A stretch of DNA of 64,000 bases. Source: Spironucleus salmonicida. Its lineage: Eukaryota. The stretch lies in contig NC_090603.1 in the NCBI RefSeq assembly GCF_000497125.1, forward strand, positions 310,001 to 374,000, read 5' to 3'. Of the stretch, positions 39,906-51,881 are shown piece by piece. Position 1 is the first letter of the stretch. Each line of letters opens with the position of its first letter. Both the position numbers and the translations under genes were made by a program. Under the pieces are notes generated by a model, which was given only the letters and a program-made list of their open reading frames with translations, was not told the DNA's origin and searched no databases.

Positions 39906-41517
39906 AGATTTTATTAGCATTGGGTAATGTACATAAATATATTTAAGGTGAATATATGATATGTTCGCTAATTTCTGATACATTTATTTGTAAATAATTT
40001 TAATAATCAACATGTATAGCTTTTAAAAATGAATTAGTGAATTCATGTTTTGTCACTAGAAAATATTACTCAAAACAATTTGTCTAATAATTTATTAGTA
40101 GTTTTTACTAGGAACATTAAATTTGATAGATACCGAATCTTTAGATATGGATTAATTTGAAATAAATATACGCTATATACTTCTAAATAGTAGTTTTTAA
40201 TCTTTATAGGTTAAAAATATATTATATTTGTTTTATAAATATATTATTCGTTGCCTCTTCTATTCGAACTAAATTTATAAAAATATGAATATCAGATTCA
40301 AAACTCATTCATAATTGAATTTTCCATACTATCTGACAAGTTAAAATTAAGTAAGTCATGAGTTATTGGTTAAAAATCTACCAATTCTAAAGTAACATCC
40401 TCTTTTAAATAATTATATTTATTCTGGCTATAATTTTTAATAGTACTATTAGACATTAGCTTAGGGATAATATTCTATTTTTTACCCCTAGATGATAAAA
40501 ATGCTGGGGCCACCACATGTTAATATAATTACTCCATTTTTAATTAAAATAAAGTTTTATAAATAATATAAATAACGTTTTTAAGTTAACATAAACTTTA
40601 AATTAAAATTATCATAACTTTATCTATCAATATAAGAAATACTATGTTTATATAATATTTTGTAAATAATATCGAATCAATTAATAGATAAATTGTAACA
40701 ATGTTACTTAATTAGTTTCTGTATAAATTGAAGTAGTATAATATTTATTATACGATAGTATACGATATTAATCAATGAAAAATATAATATATATAAATTA
40801 TTACTGTAAGTTAATTTTCCCCCAACATCATTGAACCTATCAAAATATCTTATTTTATCAAATAGTTTAGTTCAATTAGTTGTAATTACAATAATATACA
40901 ATTTATAACATTAATTTAATATCAAATAATAAATATCAATAATTTATATTTTATGTTCAATATAAGTTAGTGGTATGAATATAAGGTGATAAATTAAATA
41001 TAATTAAAAGTAAAATGATGTGAGTTATCAAATGTTATTCTAGTGTTGACAAAGACTTTTAATCCAGTTATTCATTATATATTATTAATTAACTTTAACA
41101 ACTAACGATGACAATTAGATAATAAAGTAAAATGATTTCTACAACTAAGTATAGTTAGAAACAAACTAATATATTAGTTTTTTGAAAGCAATATAACAAT
41201 TAAAAAATTCCCTTATTCCATAAAGCGATAATTTGAGAATTTAAAATTTACATGTACTCATTAAACGAAAAACTAACTTAAACCCATCAACTTTATCAAT
41301 ATATGTATAAATTAAAATTTGATTTGGAAATCATTAATTGCTATTTGCATATAATATTAGATAATATATTAGTTTAGTCTAATTTCATAACTAATAATCA
41401 TACATACTATTTTATTTATAATATTTTCATATATTGATTTTATTTTTTATACTAACTAATATTCTATTATTAAAAGTAGTATTACATATATATATTATAA
41501 CTTTTATTTATTTATAA

Positions 41518-42603
41518 ATGGGTTGCGCATCACCTGAGACAGTTATGAATATAGTAGACAAGTAAGCACTAGCATATTCATGTTCTGACAAAGATAAATA
41601 TTATCTAGTTGGAGAAATAGAAGGAGCAAAGATCAGATTAGCATTTGTGAAAAACTAAAACATTATGGCTAAAGGAAGATATTTAATTGACGAACATCCT
41701 ACAATTGTTACAGCACTTTTAAAATTTATGAAAAAATACGATATTAATAAAGTTAATTATTGTTGCTTGGCTCTAGCTGGATTAGTTGAAGATGGTACAT
41801 GCGAGATGACCAACGAGCATACGAATTATGTATATGACTGTTAAGATTTCTCAGTCGAACTTAACTGTCCAGTCAGTTTCATAAACGACTTCGCGGCCAT
41901 CGGTTGCGGGATTCAGTCCCACTTCTGGGACCAGATTCAGAAGGAGCAGTTCTCGAGGTCCGCAGCGGCCTCGGACACCGCGGTCTATCTGGGGGCTGGC
42001 TCCGGGCTCGGGTTGGGGTTCATCGTGAACGGGATGGTCTACCCCACCGAGGGCGGCCATATGCGGTACTCGGCGGCGTCGGAGGTGGAGTTCGCGCTGG
42101 TCGCCTACCTGTGCCATGACCTCGGCACCAAGCACGTCTCCTTCGAGCGGTTGCTGTCTGGGGCCGGGATCGGTGCGCTGTACGACTTCTTTTCAGGCCG
42201 GCCGATCTCTGCGCTCGCGGCGTTCTGTGGGGTGGAATCCACCGACGCGCGGGAGGTGCGGGAGGTCCTGAAGGCGGACATGCGGCACAACCTGAAGGCC
42301 CGGTACATCTCGGAGCAGTCCCACTCGTGCGAGGTGGCCGCGCTCGTGATGCGCGCCTTCCTGACGGTGCTGGCCCGCTTCATCGCGGAGGTGGTGGCGC
42401 TGTTCGACCCCGCGCGCGTGATCATCTGCGGGGGCATCGTGGCGAAGAACACGCACCTGCTGGACGCGGCCATGGTGGGTGTGCTGACGGGGGCCTGCGC
42501 CGGCCGCGAGCTGACCCTGGTGAAGGACGAGGAGGTGAGCCTCTTCGGCTGCTTCGCGCACATCCAGCGGCTGGATGCGGGGGTTACGAAGGCTCCCCAA
42601 TGA
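41518..42603 (+). CDS. glk: Glucokinase-family protein, copy 1 (degenerate phosphate-1 motif), 361 aa
   Basis: ALAG, MTN, INDFAA, GAGSGLG, PTEGGH, SFERLLSGAG and GGI motifs are present. The N-terminal motif reads VGEIEGAKIRL. Starts MGC. Confidence 0.9.
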
Positions 42604-44009
42604 GCATCCCCGACTTCCTGCTGGCCTGCGGCGACAACGACGTGTGCGGCGTGCAGCGGCTCTGGCGCCTCCGCAAGACCCACGACGGCCGCTTTTCCGA
42701 CGGCGCGCGCGTCTTCGAGGGCTTCTTCGGCATCCACTACGCCTGCGCTGGGAGCGCCCTGGGCACGCTCGCCGTGCTGCTAGCCAAGTGCTGCGGGCAG
42801 CTGGTGCAGCGGCCCTTCTTCTCGGCCCGCGTGACGCTGCGTGGGCGGCCCGTGCCGGAGGGGGCCGACTGCCTGGCGGTGAGCGTGTACGCGGACTTCC
42901 TCGACGGCGCGCGCTGCATCATGCGCTTCTACGACGCGGGCGGGATGCGCTACCCCTTCGGACGGCAGCTGGGCGCGGTGTGCGGGGCGGTAGCCAATCA
43001 GACCAGCGCGGCCGTGCTGAGGTGGGCAGACGGCGAGCGCGAGGGGAGCCTGCTGGAGTGATTCGACTTGCGGACCAATCTGCGCTCCAGGGGCGCACTC
43101 ACATATCCTCTCCCCGCGCCGGTCCCAAATAGTATACCCAGCGGAAGGCACTGCTCGGGCCGGAACCACCTCCTAGACATCTGCAGCATGATCAGCTTCA
43201 TCCACCCAGTTCCCGTAAATCCTCCCGCCCGCGAAAGCAGGCATTGCCAGATGACGTTCCCTGGCACATGCCCGCAAAAGTAGAAATCTGGGCTGGTAGA
43301 AGACCTCTCGCAGATGCAAGGATGCTGAAATCGCACAGGACAGACCCCGCCATGCAGATCTTCAGCACATGTAAAACATAAGCACGCATCCGGCTGGTAC
43401 CATATAGCCAAAAGTACAATCTGGCCAATTTAGAACTTTTCTCCATCCAAGCGCAGCGCATTTCCTCCCACCATACAAATTTATATAGAAAAAATAATGT
43501 TCAGTCCAAGGCCAAACTACCAGCTCTGGTGCTGGCATTGTTGATGGCTGCAGTTCTGTTCTTCCTCAACTCCCTCCAGGCGAGGACGCATATGGCGCCG
43601 AGGGCAACCACGGTGGCGATGGCGACACCGGCGATCACACCGCCGCTAACGGACGCCTGGAGGCAGACGTCATCGGAGGCGTAAAAGTCCAGCACGCATA
43701 ACGAGCACTTCGTAGCAGACGTGCACTGCGTGCAGTTCTCCTTGCAGGGCACGCAGAACTTGCCAGACTTGAAGAACGCGACGTTGCAGACGTCGCACTA
43801 TCCCTTGGCGCTGTCGTAGCTGGTGCAGTTCTCGCTCAGCTTCGTGCAGAAGTTCTCCGCGAGCTCGTAGCCGCCTTTGCAGGCTGCGCATTTGGAGCTG
43901 TCCGTGGCATCGCAAGTTTAGCAGTTCACGTTGTTCTTCTGGCAGGAGGCGTCGGACCCAGCGGCCACGCAGGCGCCACTATTGAGGTTGAAATTATCGT
44001 TGCAGGTTT
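41860..44009 (+). repeat. Left arm of ~2.15-kb inverted duplication
   Basis: Reverse complement of 59359-61510 (paired coordinates sum to 103368), with only scattered substitutions. Confidence 0.97.
42600..43061 (+). CDS. Ankyrin-repeat-like protein, copy 1, 153 aa; ATG overlaps glucokinase TGA
   Basis: MSIPDFLLACGDNDV...GFFGIHYACAGSALGTLAVLL. The five differences I found versus copy 2 are all synonymous. A homolog lies at 57105. Confidence 0.8.
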   Translation: MSIPDFLLACGDNDVCGVQRLWRLRKTHDGRFSDGARVFEGFFGIHYACAGSALGTLAVLLAKCCGQLVQRPFFSARVTLRGRPVPEGADCLAVSVYADFLDGARCIMRFYDAGGMRYPFGRQLGAVCGAVANQTSAAVLRWADGEREGSLLE

Positions 44010-44073
44010 TGCAATTTTCGACCTTGCACTCAGCGGGTACCAGACCGGGCAGCTTGGCGTTGGACTGAACATG
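43501..44073 (-). pseudogene. 5'-truncated, frameshifted CRMP copy
   Basis: 3' part nearly identical to 58788-59867. It has a 30-nt deletion between TGCAAAACC/TGCGAAACC microhomologies, and the nearby ATGs (44072, 44084) are out of frame. Confidence 0.7.
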
Positions 44074-45002
44074 ATTTTTATCATATTATTATTTAGTTAT
44101 TTATCATTAGTAATATAATTATTATTACTAAAATAAAAGTTTGTATAGATATTTTATATTAAAAATTATTAATAACAATAAATAATATTAAAGATGGAAA
44201 TCCTAAAATTAAAACTGAATATTAAGGTAAAATTGAAAATTACTTATACATATGTATATTTTCTGTATAGTAAATAATCTTATGAATTTACCCTAATTAT
44301 ATTACTTGTTTTATCAGATTTATGTTAAAAAATAAAATATCATTCTCTTATTTAATTATATAAATACTTAAAATTTTAGATATCTTCCTATTGCTATTGA
44401 GTAAAATACATTAACTAAATTTTCATTGTTAGAAAATAACTAATAAGAAAACTAATCACAAAAATATTTACGAAAAGTAGATACATTTTCAACCAAGGTA
44501 TATTTATGTTACTAAATTTTCTATCTAAACTATATCACCAATAATGTATAATTATATAATATACAGATGAATTAGCTATTAAATATATCTCTAATATTCA
44601 TAATTGCCTGATAAAATTCGTTACGTAATAAATTTTTATTTTTAATGCTAATAATATATAGTTTCTATATTAAATTTATATTAAATAGTTTAATAAGAAA
44701 TCTAATTAGTTAACAGAATCCTGCTAGTCTCATTTATTAAATTTTTGAAAGAATTACCGAGCACTGGTTGTATTATCAATCTTTAATAAATTCAACTTAT
44801 ATTTTTATAATATAAAAATTAAATCTTCATTATTTTTTATAATCCAACCATAGCTTGAAAGAATAGAACAAATTACAGTTTGATCAATTTATACAAAATT
44901 ATTAACTAATTTTTATATGAATCTTAACATTATTACACTAACTCAGATAAATTCGAATATAGAAAAAAATTATATAGTTAATTCGCTATTTTAAATAAAA
45001 GA

Positions 45003-45941
45003 TCACCTTTTACTCTTCTTAATGAAATAAAATGCTACTCCACCGCCAATTGCACCAACTAGGGCTAAAACACCAATTACGATGCCAGTAACAGCTCCAC
45101 CAGAAAGGTTGCTACCTGGGTTATCCGGTGCAGGTAAAAAGCATAAAAATCCGATTTTTTCAGCTTCATCGGTGCAATCCGAACATGTATCACCCTTGAG
45201 CTTGAAGCCAGGCAGGCAGGAACCGCAACTCTTCTTGTTATCCGAACATGTAAGGCAGTTAATCACATTCCCGCACTTGCAGCTGGTAATCTACTCCTCA
45301 CTGCCACACGCCCTAGCTGAGCCTCTCACGCACGCTTCTCCCTCTTTCTCCACAACTTTGCACTAATTTTAGCAGCCGTGGTGAATCGTGATCGTCTGTG
45401 GAAACTTGCATGTATTGCAGATCCCGCTACCTTTGGAGCAGGTCTTGCAAGACGACTAACACTTTTTGCACTGCGAGTTCTCCTTAAAATAGCCGTCCAC
45501 GCAACCCGTGCAGCTTCCGGCCGCGTCGATTGCAAATGGAATGAGGCACAGCGCGCATTTCCGTGTCTCTGAGCTGCTGCAGGTCATGCAGTTGAGCGAA
45601 TCTCCACATTTGCAGGCATCTGTCTGGCCATCGGTACAGGCGAAGCAGAAGGTTCCTGATAGCTTTTTACCGTCGTCGCAGCTTTTGCACTGAGAGCTCT
45701 CGGATCCTGTGCAGGTGCTACAGGACTGATCGCACCTGGCGCAGCTTCCGTCGCTGCTGAGGTAGTACCCAGGATTACACCCCTCGCAGGTCGCTGTGTT
45801 TGCAGAATCGCCCGAGCAGGAGGCGCAGTTTTCTTTGCAGGCGATGCAGGAAACTGTGACTTATCCCACGTTACTCGGGCAGAAGCTGGTGCCGACGCAC
45901 TTGTTGAAGGAGTTGGAGCATGTGTTAGTTGCTGACGCCAT
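45003..45941 (-). CDS. Cysteine-rich membrane protein (CRMP1-type), 312 aa
   Basis: CxxC repeats, LSGGAVTGIVIGVLALVGAIGGGVAFYFI transmembrane segment and a short KKSKR tail. Confidence 0.92.
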
Positions 45942-46565
45942 TTTAGTTAATAGTGGAATGTGATGGGTATAATATAATTATGGATGTGGGATCATAATGT
46001 TAAAATGATAGATTGGGAACTGTGATGAAATATGGTGATTGCTGGTAATATAGAATGTTAAGAAACTGGGGCTGATTTAAAGATTAATTCGGTATTCAGT
46101 TTACCACCAAGGTAAATTAAGAATGAGAACTGTCTTTATATTTTATATCTGGTGATAATTAATAATAAGAAAATAAAAAGTAGTGTAAGTTGTATACTTG
46201 AAAATGTAATGATTGGTAATATATAATAATGCTAAGTTTAGTAGAAGAAACTATCAGAATATTGCATTAGTTTCGCTACAGGTGTGGTGTACTTCAGCTA
46301 ATTTTTAGTGTAACCCAATGCTAATATAACAGTCCGAAAACCAGTAGCTAAGGGGAGAATTTGCTTAGCGTGTTATGTCATTGACCACAAATGAGATCAT
46401 TTTTTCTTCAAGTATCAATAAAACGAGTATAACTTATATTGTAATTACTGTAATAAAGTCATTATTACATGAACTCATTATGAATGGAGTTCTATTATTA
46501 TAGTCCATTCATGATAACCAGAACTTGGCATTATAGTTAAAATTAGCTATGTAATACTGCACTAA

Positions 46566-46727
46566 ATGGGTTTATTTGCAGATGAAACCGCAAGCTTTGC
46601 GCGTCTATTTCACCAATGCGCGCATTCGCGATTGCTTGCACTCCAAACTACCAGCGATGCTAATTTGACAATTTCGAGGGCGCAGAGTGTAGCTAAGCCC
46701 GCCCTGCCTAGATAAGTGCATAAATGA
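46566..46727 (+). CDS. Possible small ORF, 53 aa
   Basis: MGLFADETASFARLFHQCAHSRLL... occupies a GC-rich patch and ends 3 nt from the convergent stop. Confidence 0.3.
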
Positions 46728-46730
46728 TCA

Positions 46731-49700
46731 TCACTTCCTGGACTGGATTCCCACGAGCTGCACTCTTTCCAAGTGGCTAAGGCCCGCCATCTGCTCGTCG
46801 GTGACGTCCACTTTGCACTGGATCTGGTAGTAGAGCTGGCAGTACTGGCTGGTGCCGGCGAGGTTCAGCTGCGCGAGGCTGAGTCCGTCCGGGGTAACCA
46901 GAGAGAAGAATACGCTGAACACGGCATAGGCCTCAAGCTGGCTCGGGGTGAACGTACTGAGCGGGATGCTGGAGCAGAAGGGGAAATGACTGCATCTGCT
47001 CGCCGTCAGGTACTCCAAGATCGCGAAGAGCAGCTTGGCCGCGTTCTTCGCGTACATTTCTGCGTTGAAGAGCGTCTGCAGCGGCTGGCTGAGCGTTTGG
47101 TAGATGGCGCTGTAGACGACCCTGCTTTACGCGGGACCGCAGGCATGCTTGTAAGAGATCCTGGCAAATTCCCGCATGATGAGCTCGCCGCTGTTCTCGA
47201 GCTGGAGCAGGTAGTCGACCGAATGCGGGGCCTGCTTGTCGTCCTGCGAAAACTGGCAGAACAGGTCGAAGGCGGCCTGGTCGCTGATGGCGAGCTTCCG
47301 CCCAAGGCAGCCAGCGTAGTTGAGCAGGTACGGCGTGGGGGCCTTCTGCAGCTCGGCCATGGCATCGAACACCCTGAGGTTGAAGTTTAGGTTCTCGTTG
47401 TTGTAGACCTTGCCAAAGAAGAGCAGCATCGCGTCGGCTGACTTCTGGCAGTTGTTCTTCAGGAGGTCCAGGAAAATCTGCTCGTACTGGGGCTCGACCA
47501 TGGCCTTCTCGTAGAAATGAAGCAGGATGAACTGCTTGGCATCGGTGGAGGATCTGATGTAGAGCTTGGAGATGTACGCGCTGGATACATTTTTCTGTGA
47601 GAAGAACACCTTGATAAGTGCCTTCAGCACGGACATCGGCATGGGCTGCTCAAAGAGGATCGTAATGTCTGCCTTTGGGTCGACGCGGAGCTGGTTGGAC
47701 ATGCGCTAGGAGACATGGACCGCCATGGACGTGAACTGGAAGAAGTTCATCATGGCGTGGAGCAGGGCCAGAGAGTTGGATGCGGTCGTCATGTTGGCCG
47801 TGACCTGAATCTGCTTGAGGAAAGGCAGAATGTTTAACTCGGTCTTAATAGCCTTCTTGGAGAATAACTGCTCGTAGAAGGCCTGGTAGTGTTCCTGGCA
47901 GTCGAGCTTGACCGGCACCAGCTTCTGCAGAGACTTCGCCTGCTAGGTAACTACGGCAAGGAGCTGAGTGTGCGAGGCTATACCTGTCTCATACATGCGG
48001 CCCGAGATAGTAAGAAGACGCACCGCGAGTGTATGGAAGTTCAGCATGCCTTGGATCGGAAGGTCGACCCTGCTGGTATCGTACATCCCCACCATCTGGA
48101 CAAACCTGTCAACGAGACGCTGGATCATGTCCACGTTGATTTTAACGCACGTCATGGTAGCTGGTTCGCTTGTGACCACGTCAAAGTTGATCCTTGAGGC
48201 AAATGCGTTGCTGACGTACTGCTGGTATATCTGGGCTGGCATGTAACTCTTTCTGGCCAGCTTTTGCTCAAGATCCCGGACGCGCTTATCTTCTGATGCT
48301 TAGAATCCTATGACGGGGCTTATAGTGATAGTTGCCAAGAGCTTTCGGATGAGGGTGGCATCAAGAGTTTGGGCGTCGGTTTTCTGCTTAATAAGCTGTA
48401 TGTCGAGCATCTTTTTCCCAAGGAGGTCCACGACATCCATCACCCAGGAAAAGAAGGTGTGCTGGTAATTTGCGGACGCGTCAATGCGCTGTATGATAGC
48501 ATCTTGCAGCTGGGCCTTGGTTGAGCGGCGGGCATATTGGGCGAGCGAGAATATGGCAGTAACGCCATTCTCGGTGATAGAAACGTGCGCTTGGTCAAAT
48601 TTTAGCTGGTCGGAGATTAGGGCGGGGACGGTGGCTGATACCTTAGCGTGCGAATACTAGAGCCCGACTATCTATTACTGGAGGGCGCGAAGGAACTCAC
48701 ACACCTACAGGGACATCTCCGCGGGAATATCGTTGACGGAGTGGAAGGTAATGAGAAGCTCAAATATGGTGCTGGGAAGACCTGTGACGAGTGGCTTCGC
48801 ATCCGCGGTGGCGCGGTAGAGGGCGGAAAGTGGGCCCACCAGCCTCTGGAGGTGGGGGGCTAAGGCCTGCTTCAGTTCCGCGCAAAGGGCCACGAATAGG
48901 CACACGACCTTGGAAAGCGGCGCGGCCTGGAGCAGCAGCAGCTTCTCCTGGGCGACCGAGGTCTGCTGGACCGCAAGCATGAAGTAGCGGGCGGCCCGGG
49001 AGAGGAGGTTGAGGTCCTTATGGATGTATCCGGCCGCGAGATAGGCGGTGACGGCGGAGTAGCGCTGGTCCGAGTTGAAGAAGCGGGACTTCTTGTTGAA
49101 GAGCGCGTACTCCACCACGTGCTCCGCCTTCTCCTAGATGAGTGGCACCTGCTCCAGCTTCTCCGCGCTCCCGGGGAACAGCAGGGCGTCCATTACGGTT
49201 TGCAGGCTGGCCTTGGGCTCTCCGGTCATCCGGGCTCTGAGCTGGCGAAGCGCGTGGGGATCAAGAGTGATGTCGCTGCTTTGGCCACTGAGAGACTGGA
49301 AGTATACCATGCGGGCTGCCTGGTCGCAGCCGTACTTCTTGGCGGCGATGTAGTGGCGCTAGTCATCATGCAGATATTCAATCTAGTCCGGGCTATAGTG
49401 ATCCAGCAGGTCCACGCGGCACAGAAACTTTTTGATATTGTGGCCAACGTCCCCCGATTCAACTATGGAGAACTCATTCAGAATATCTAGCTTGTACAGC
49501 TTGGCGTAGATGGTATCGTCCGCGTCATAGGTATACCTGGCTAGCTTCCCGGCCTGCAGCATCTTGAAGGTCTCAACTATCTTTTTGCTGGGGACCTTCA
49601 TGTCGACCAGCCACTCGTGCTCGAGCTTGACGCTGTCGTACACGGCGGTGAAGCGCGCGAGCTGGATATGCTTGGAGTTACTCGTGAGGAACTTGAAGTA

Positions 49701-50177
49701 ATTTACCATGCGCGTGGCATTCTCGTGGCTAGTGGTGGCGCCAGAGGCTGCCAACTCGGCCTCTGCGCGGAAGACCTTCGCGTCCGCCTGGAACAGCTGG
49801 AAGATGACGTCGCCAACCAGCTGGGATTTGTTTCTCGGTGCCTTTCCTATGACCAGTTTGCTAAAGTCATTCTGGCTGAAAAGGTCGTAGGCCTTCGCGA
49901 ACTCCCCTTGGTCCATGGCCTGGGCAAACAGCACTGGTGGCCTGGTGGCAGCTGCCAGCTCACCAGCAAACTGTGTCTTGAACACCTTGGCAAGCGTGTT
50001 GGCGCGCTTGTAGATGTTATACACTGGGTGACAGAGGAGCTTCCTGAGGGCTTCTATGTTCTTGTGCGTCCTGATGGACCTGAAGAGTCTAGCGAGGTCG
50101 ATGTCTATCGGGACAGAATCGGATGCCAGGATGGCGTCGACAAGTCTGGTTTGCTCTTCAATGCTCTAGATCATCAT
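46731..50177 (-). CDS. Large hypothetical, probably alpha-helical protein, 1148 aa
   Basis: Six track fragments fall in one minus frame joined by TAG/TAA codons. Starts MMIQSIEEQTRL, ends AAG-TGA, with strong GC3 codon bias. Confidence 0.85.
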
Positions 50178-50594
50178 TTTTAAGGTGAAATGGATTATAT
50201 GACGGGATGATATTATGATACAATTGCAGCACATGTTCAATAAGGGCGAATAAGGAGGGAGTTGCTGTTACATTAATACAATACCCAGGTATGTTCGGTT
50301 TCGTCACGCGACCTCCAGATGCCTCTTGTCTCACGCCTAGGCCCAGGCGGACTTCAGCCCAGGTATTTATCCCCTGGCCAGAAGGTCAGGCCGCGCACGG
50401 CCATAGGGCAGGAGTGCAGCGAGGGTAATATTTTTAGGAACCCGTGCACGCCCCCAGTGGTCTGCAGAGAGCCACCCGGGCTGCCCACCGCAGGCTCGCT
50501 GGGCAGGATACCAGGGCGCATTGCTGCCAGCTCGCAAAATATTTTTGCCGTAATATATGGATTGGCGCACCCCCGCCATTCCGCAATTAGCAAA

Positions 50595-51755
50595 ATGCCC
50601 CCCAAAAGCGCCCAGCCGGTGCAGCCGCCCTTCTACTCCACGGCGCTGAACGTCGCGAACTTCGGCGCCTCGCAGGCCAAGTTCCCCATTGCCCTCGCCC
50701 CCGAGAAGCTGTCCAAGCAGAAGCTCTTCTTCGACTGCTACCAGCAGGTCTGCGCGGCCTTCAACCTCGCCTTCCTGCCCTGCTTCGCAAACCTGCTGCT
50801 GAAGCCCCAGGGCCAGACCACCAGCGTGACCATCCACTCCGCGATCATGGACCTGCCCTCCTCGCTCGCCATCGGCCTCGCCCTGGCCGAGTGCGCCGAC
50901 GTGGGCAGCCTGCGCATCATCGACTGCCAGTTCCCCGGCAACACGCTGCAGAACGTGCTCCACTTCACGCAGAACGAGAGGCAGATCCACCTGTCCTTCG
51001 AGCGCATGGCCATCGGCCCCCAGATGCTGGACTCGCTCGCCTTCATGGGCTACTTCAACCGGATGTCGCTCCGCTTCACCGACTGCACGCTGGACCAGCA
51101 GGCCCTCCAGCGCGAGCTGCAGCAGGCCCAGGCCCAGTCCTACCAGTTCCTGGGACTCACCCGCTGCGCCGTCGACCACGCGCGCCTCCTCGCGGCGCTG
51201 TACGACCCGGCGCTCTACAACTTCTCGCTGAGCGGGATCGAGCTGTTCGACGCGCCGCCCCAGCACGTCGTCCCCACGCTCAACGCAATCGTGGCCGCCA
51301 AGGCCGGGGCGCACTTCATCACGCTCGCCAGGCGCAGGTTCACGCTCGCGCTCTTCACACCCGAGTTCCAGAACCTGCGCTTCTTCGACCCAGCGACGAA
51401 GAAGAAGTACCAGCAGATCAGCGCGTACGCGGTGAACCTGGTGCTCTACGTGAGGCAGCAGCAGCACATTTTCCAGACCACAGACGCCGAAAACGGCGTG
51501 AAGAGCGTGATTGACGGGCTGGTCAGCAAGTTCCTCACCAGCTTCGCGGTGGACGACGAAGAACTCGTGGACTACCTGGGCATGAACGACGTATTTGTGG
51601 GATTCAGCGGCGCGGACGGCAACTTCTGCATGCAGAGCAAGCTTGAATATATCGGCTGCCAGGGGAGCGGCGAGGATGCGATTCTGCTCGAGGGTAGCGT
51701 GAGAGCCTGGTTCGACGGCGAAAGGCTGCTTGAGCGGGAGAGTGAGGCGTTATGA
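50595..51755 (+). CDS. Hypothetical protein, possibly leucine-rich-repeat-like, 386 aa
   Basis: MPPKSAQPVQPPFY... after a C-rich motif. Loosely LRR-like units such as SLRIIDC, MSLRFTDCTL and FLGLTRC. An in-frame ATG also exists at 50319. Confidence 0.8.
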   Translation: MPPKSAQPVQPPFYSTALNVANFGASQAKFPIALAPEKLSKQKLFFDCYQQVCAAFNLAFLPCFANLLLKPQGQTTSVTIHSAIMDLPSSLAIGLALAECADVGSLRIIDCQFPGNTLQNVLHFTQNERQIHLSFERMAIGPQMLDSLAFMGYFNRMSLRFTDCTLDQQALQRELQQAQAQSYQFLGLTRCAVDHARLLAALYDPALYNFSLSGIELFDAPPQHVVPTLNAIVAAKAGAHFITLARRRFTLALFTPEFQNLRFFDPATKKKYQQISAYAVNLVLYVRQQQHIFQTTDAENGVKSVIDGLVSKFLTSFAVDDEELVDYLGMNDVFVGFSGADGNFCMQSKLEYIGCQGSGEDAILLEGSVRAWFDGERLLERESEAL

Positions 51756-51881
51756 TTTCGCGGGTTCGCAAATTTGCTGATAGTTATCGGTTCTAGAGTA
51801 CTAATTATTATGCGAAATCTGGCTGCAAAGTTTGCATAAAATGCTGCGAAATAAACGAAAAATTTAAGTCAGAATTATGCG

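Noticed and set aside
42327-43061. 244-aa track ORF as a single protein
   Set aside because: Its first 91 codons are an alternative frame of glucokinase with a non-ATG start. Homology to 57105 begins at MSIPD.
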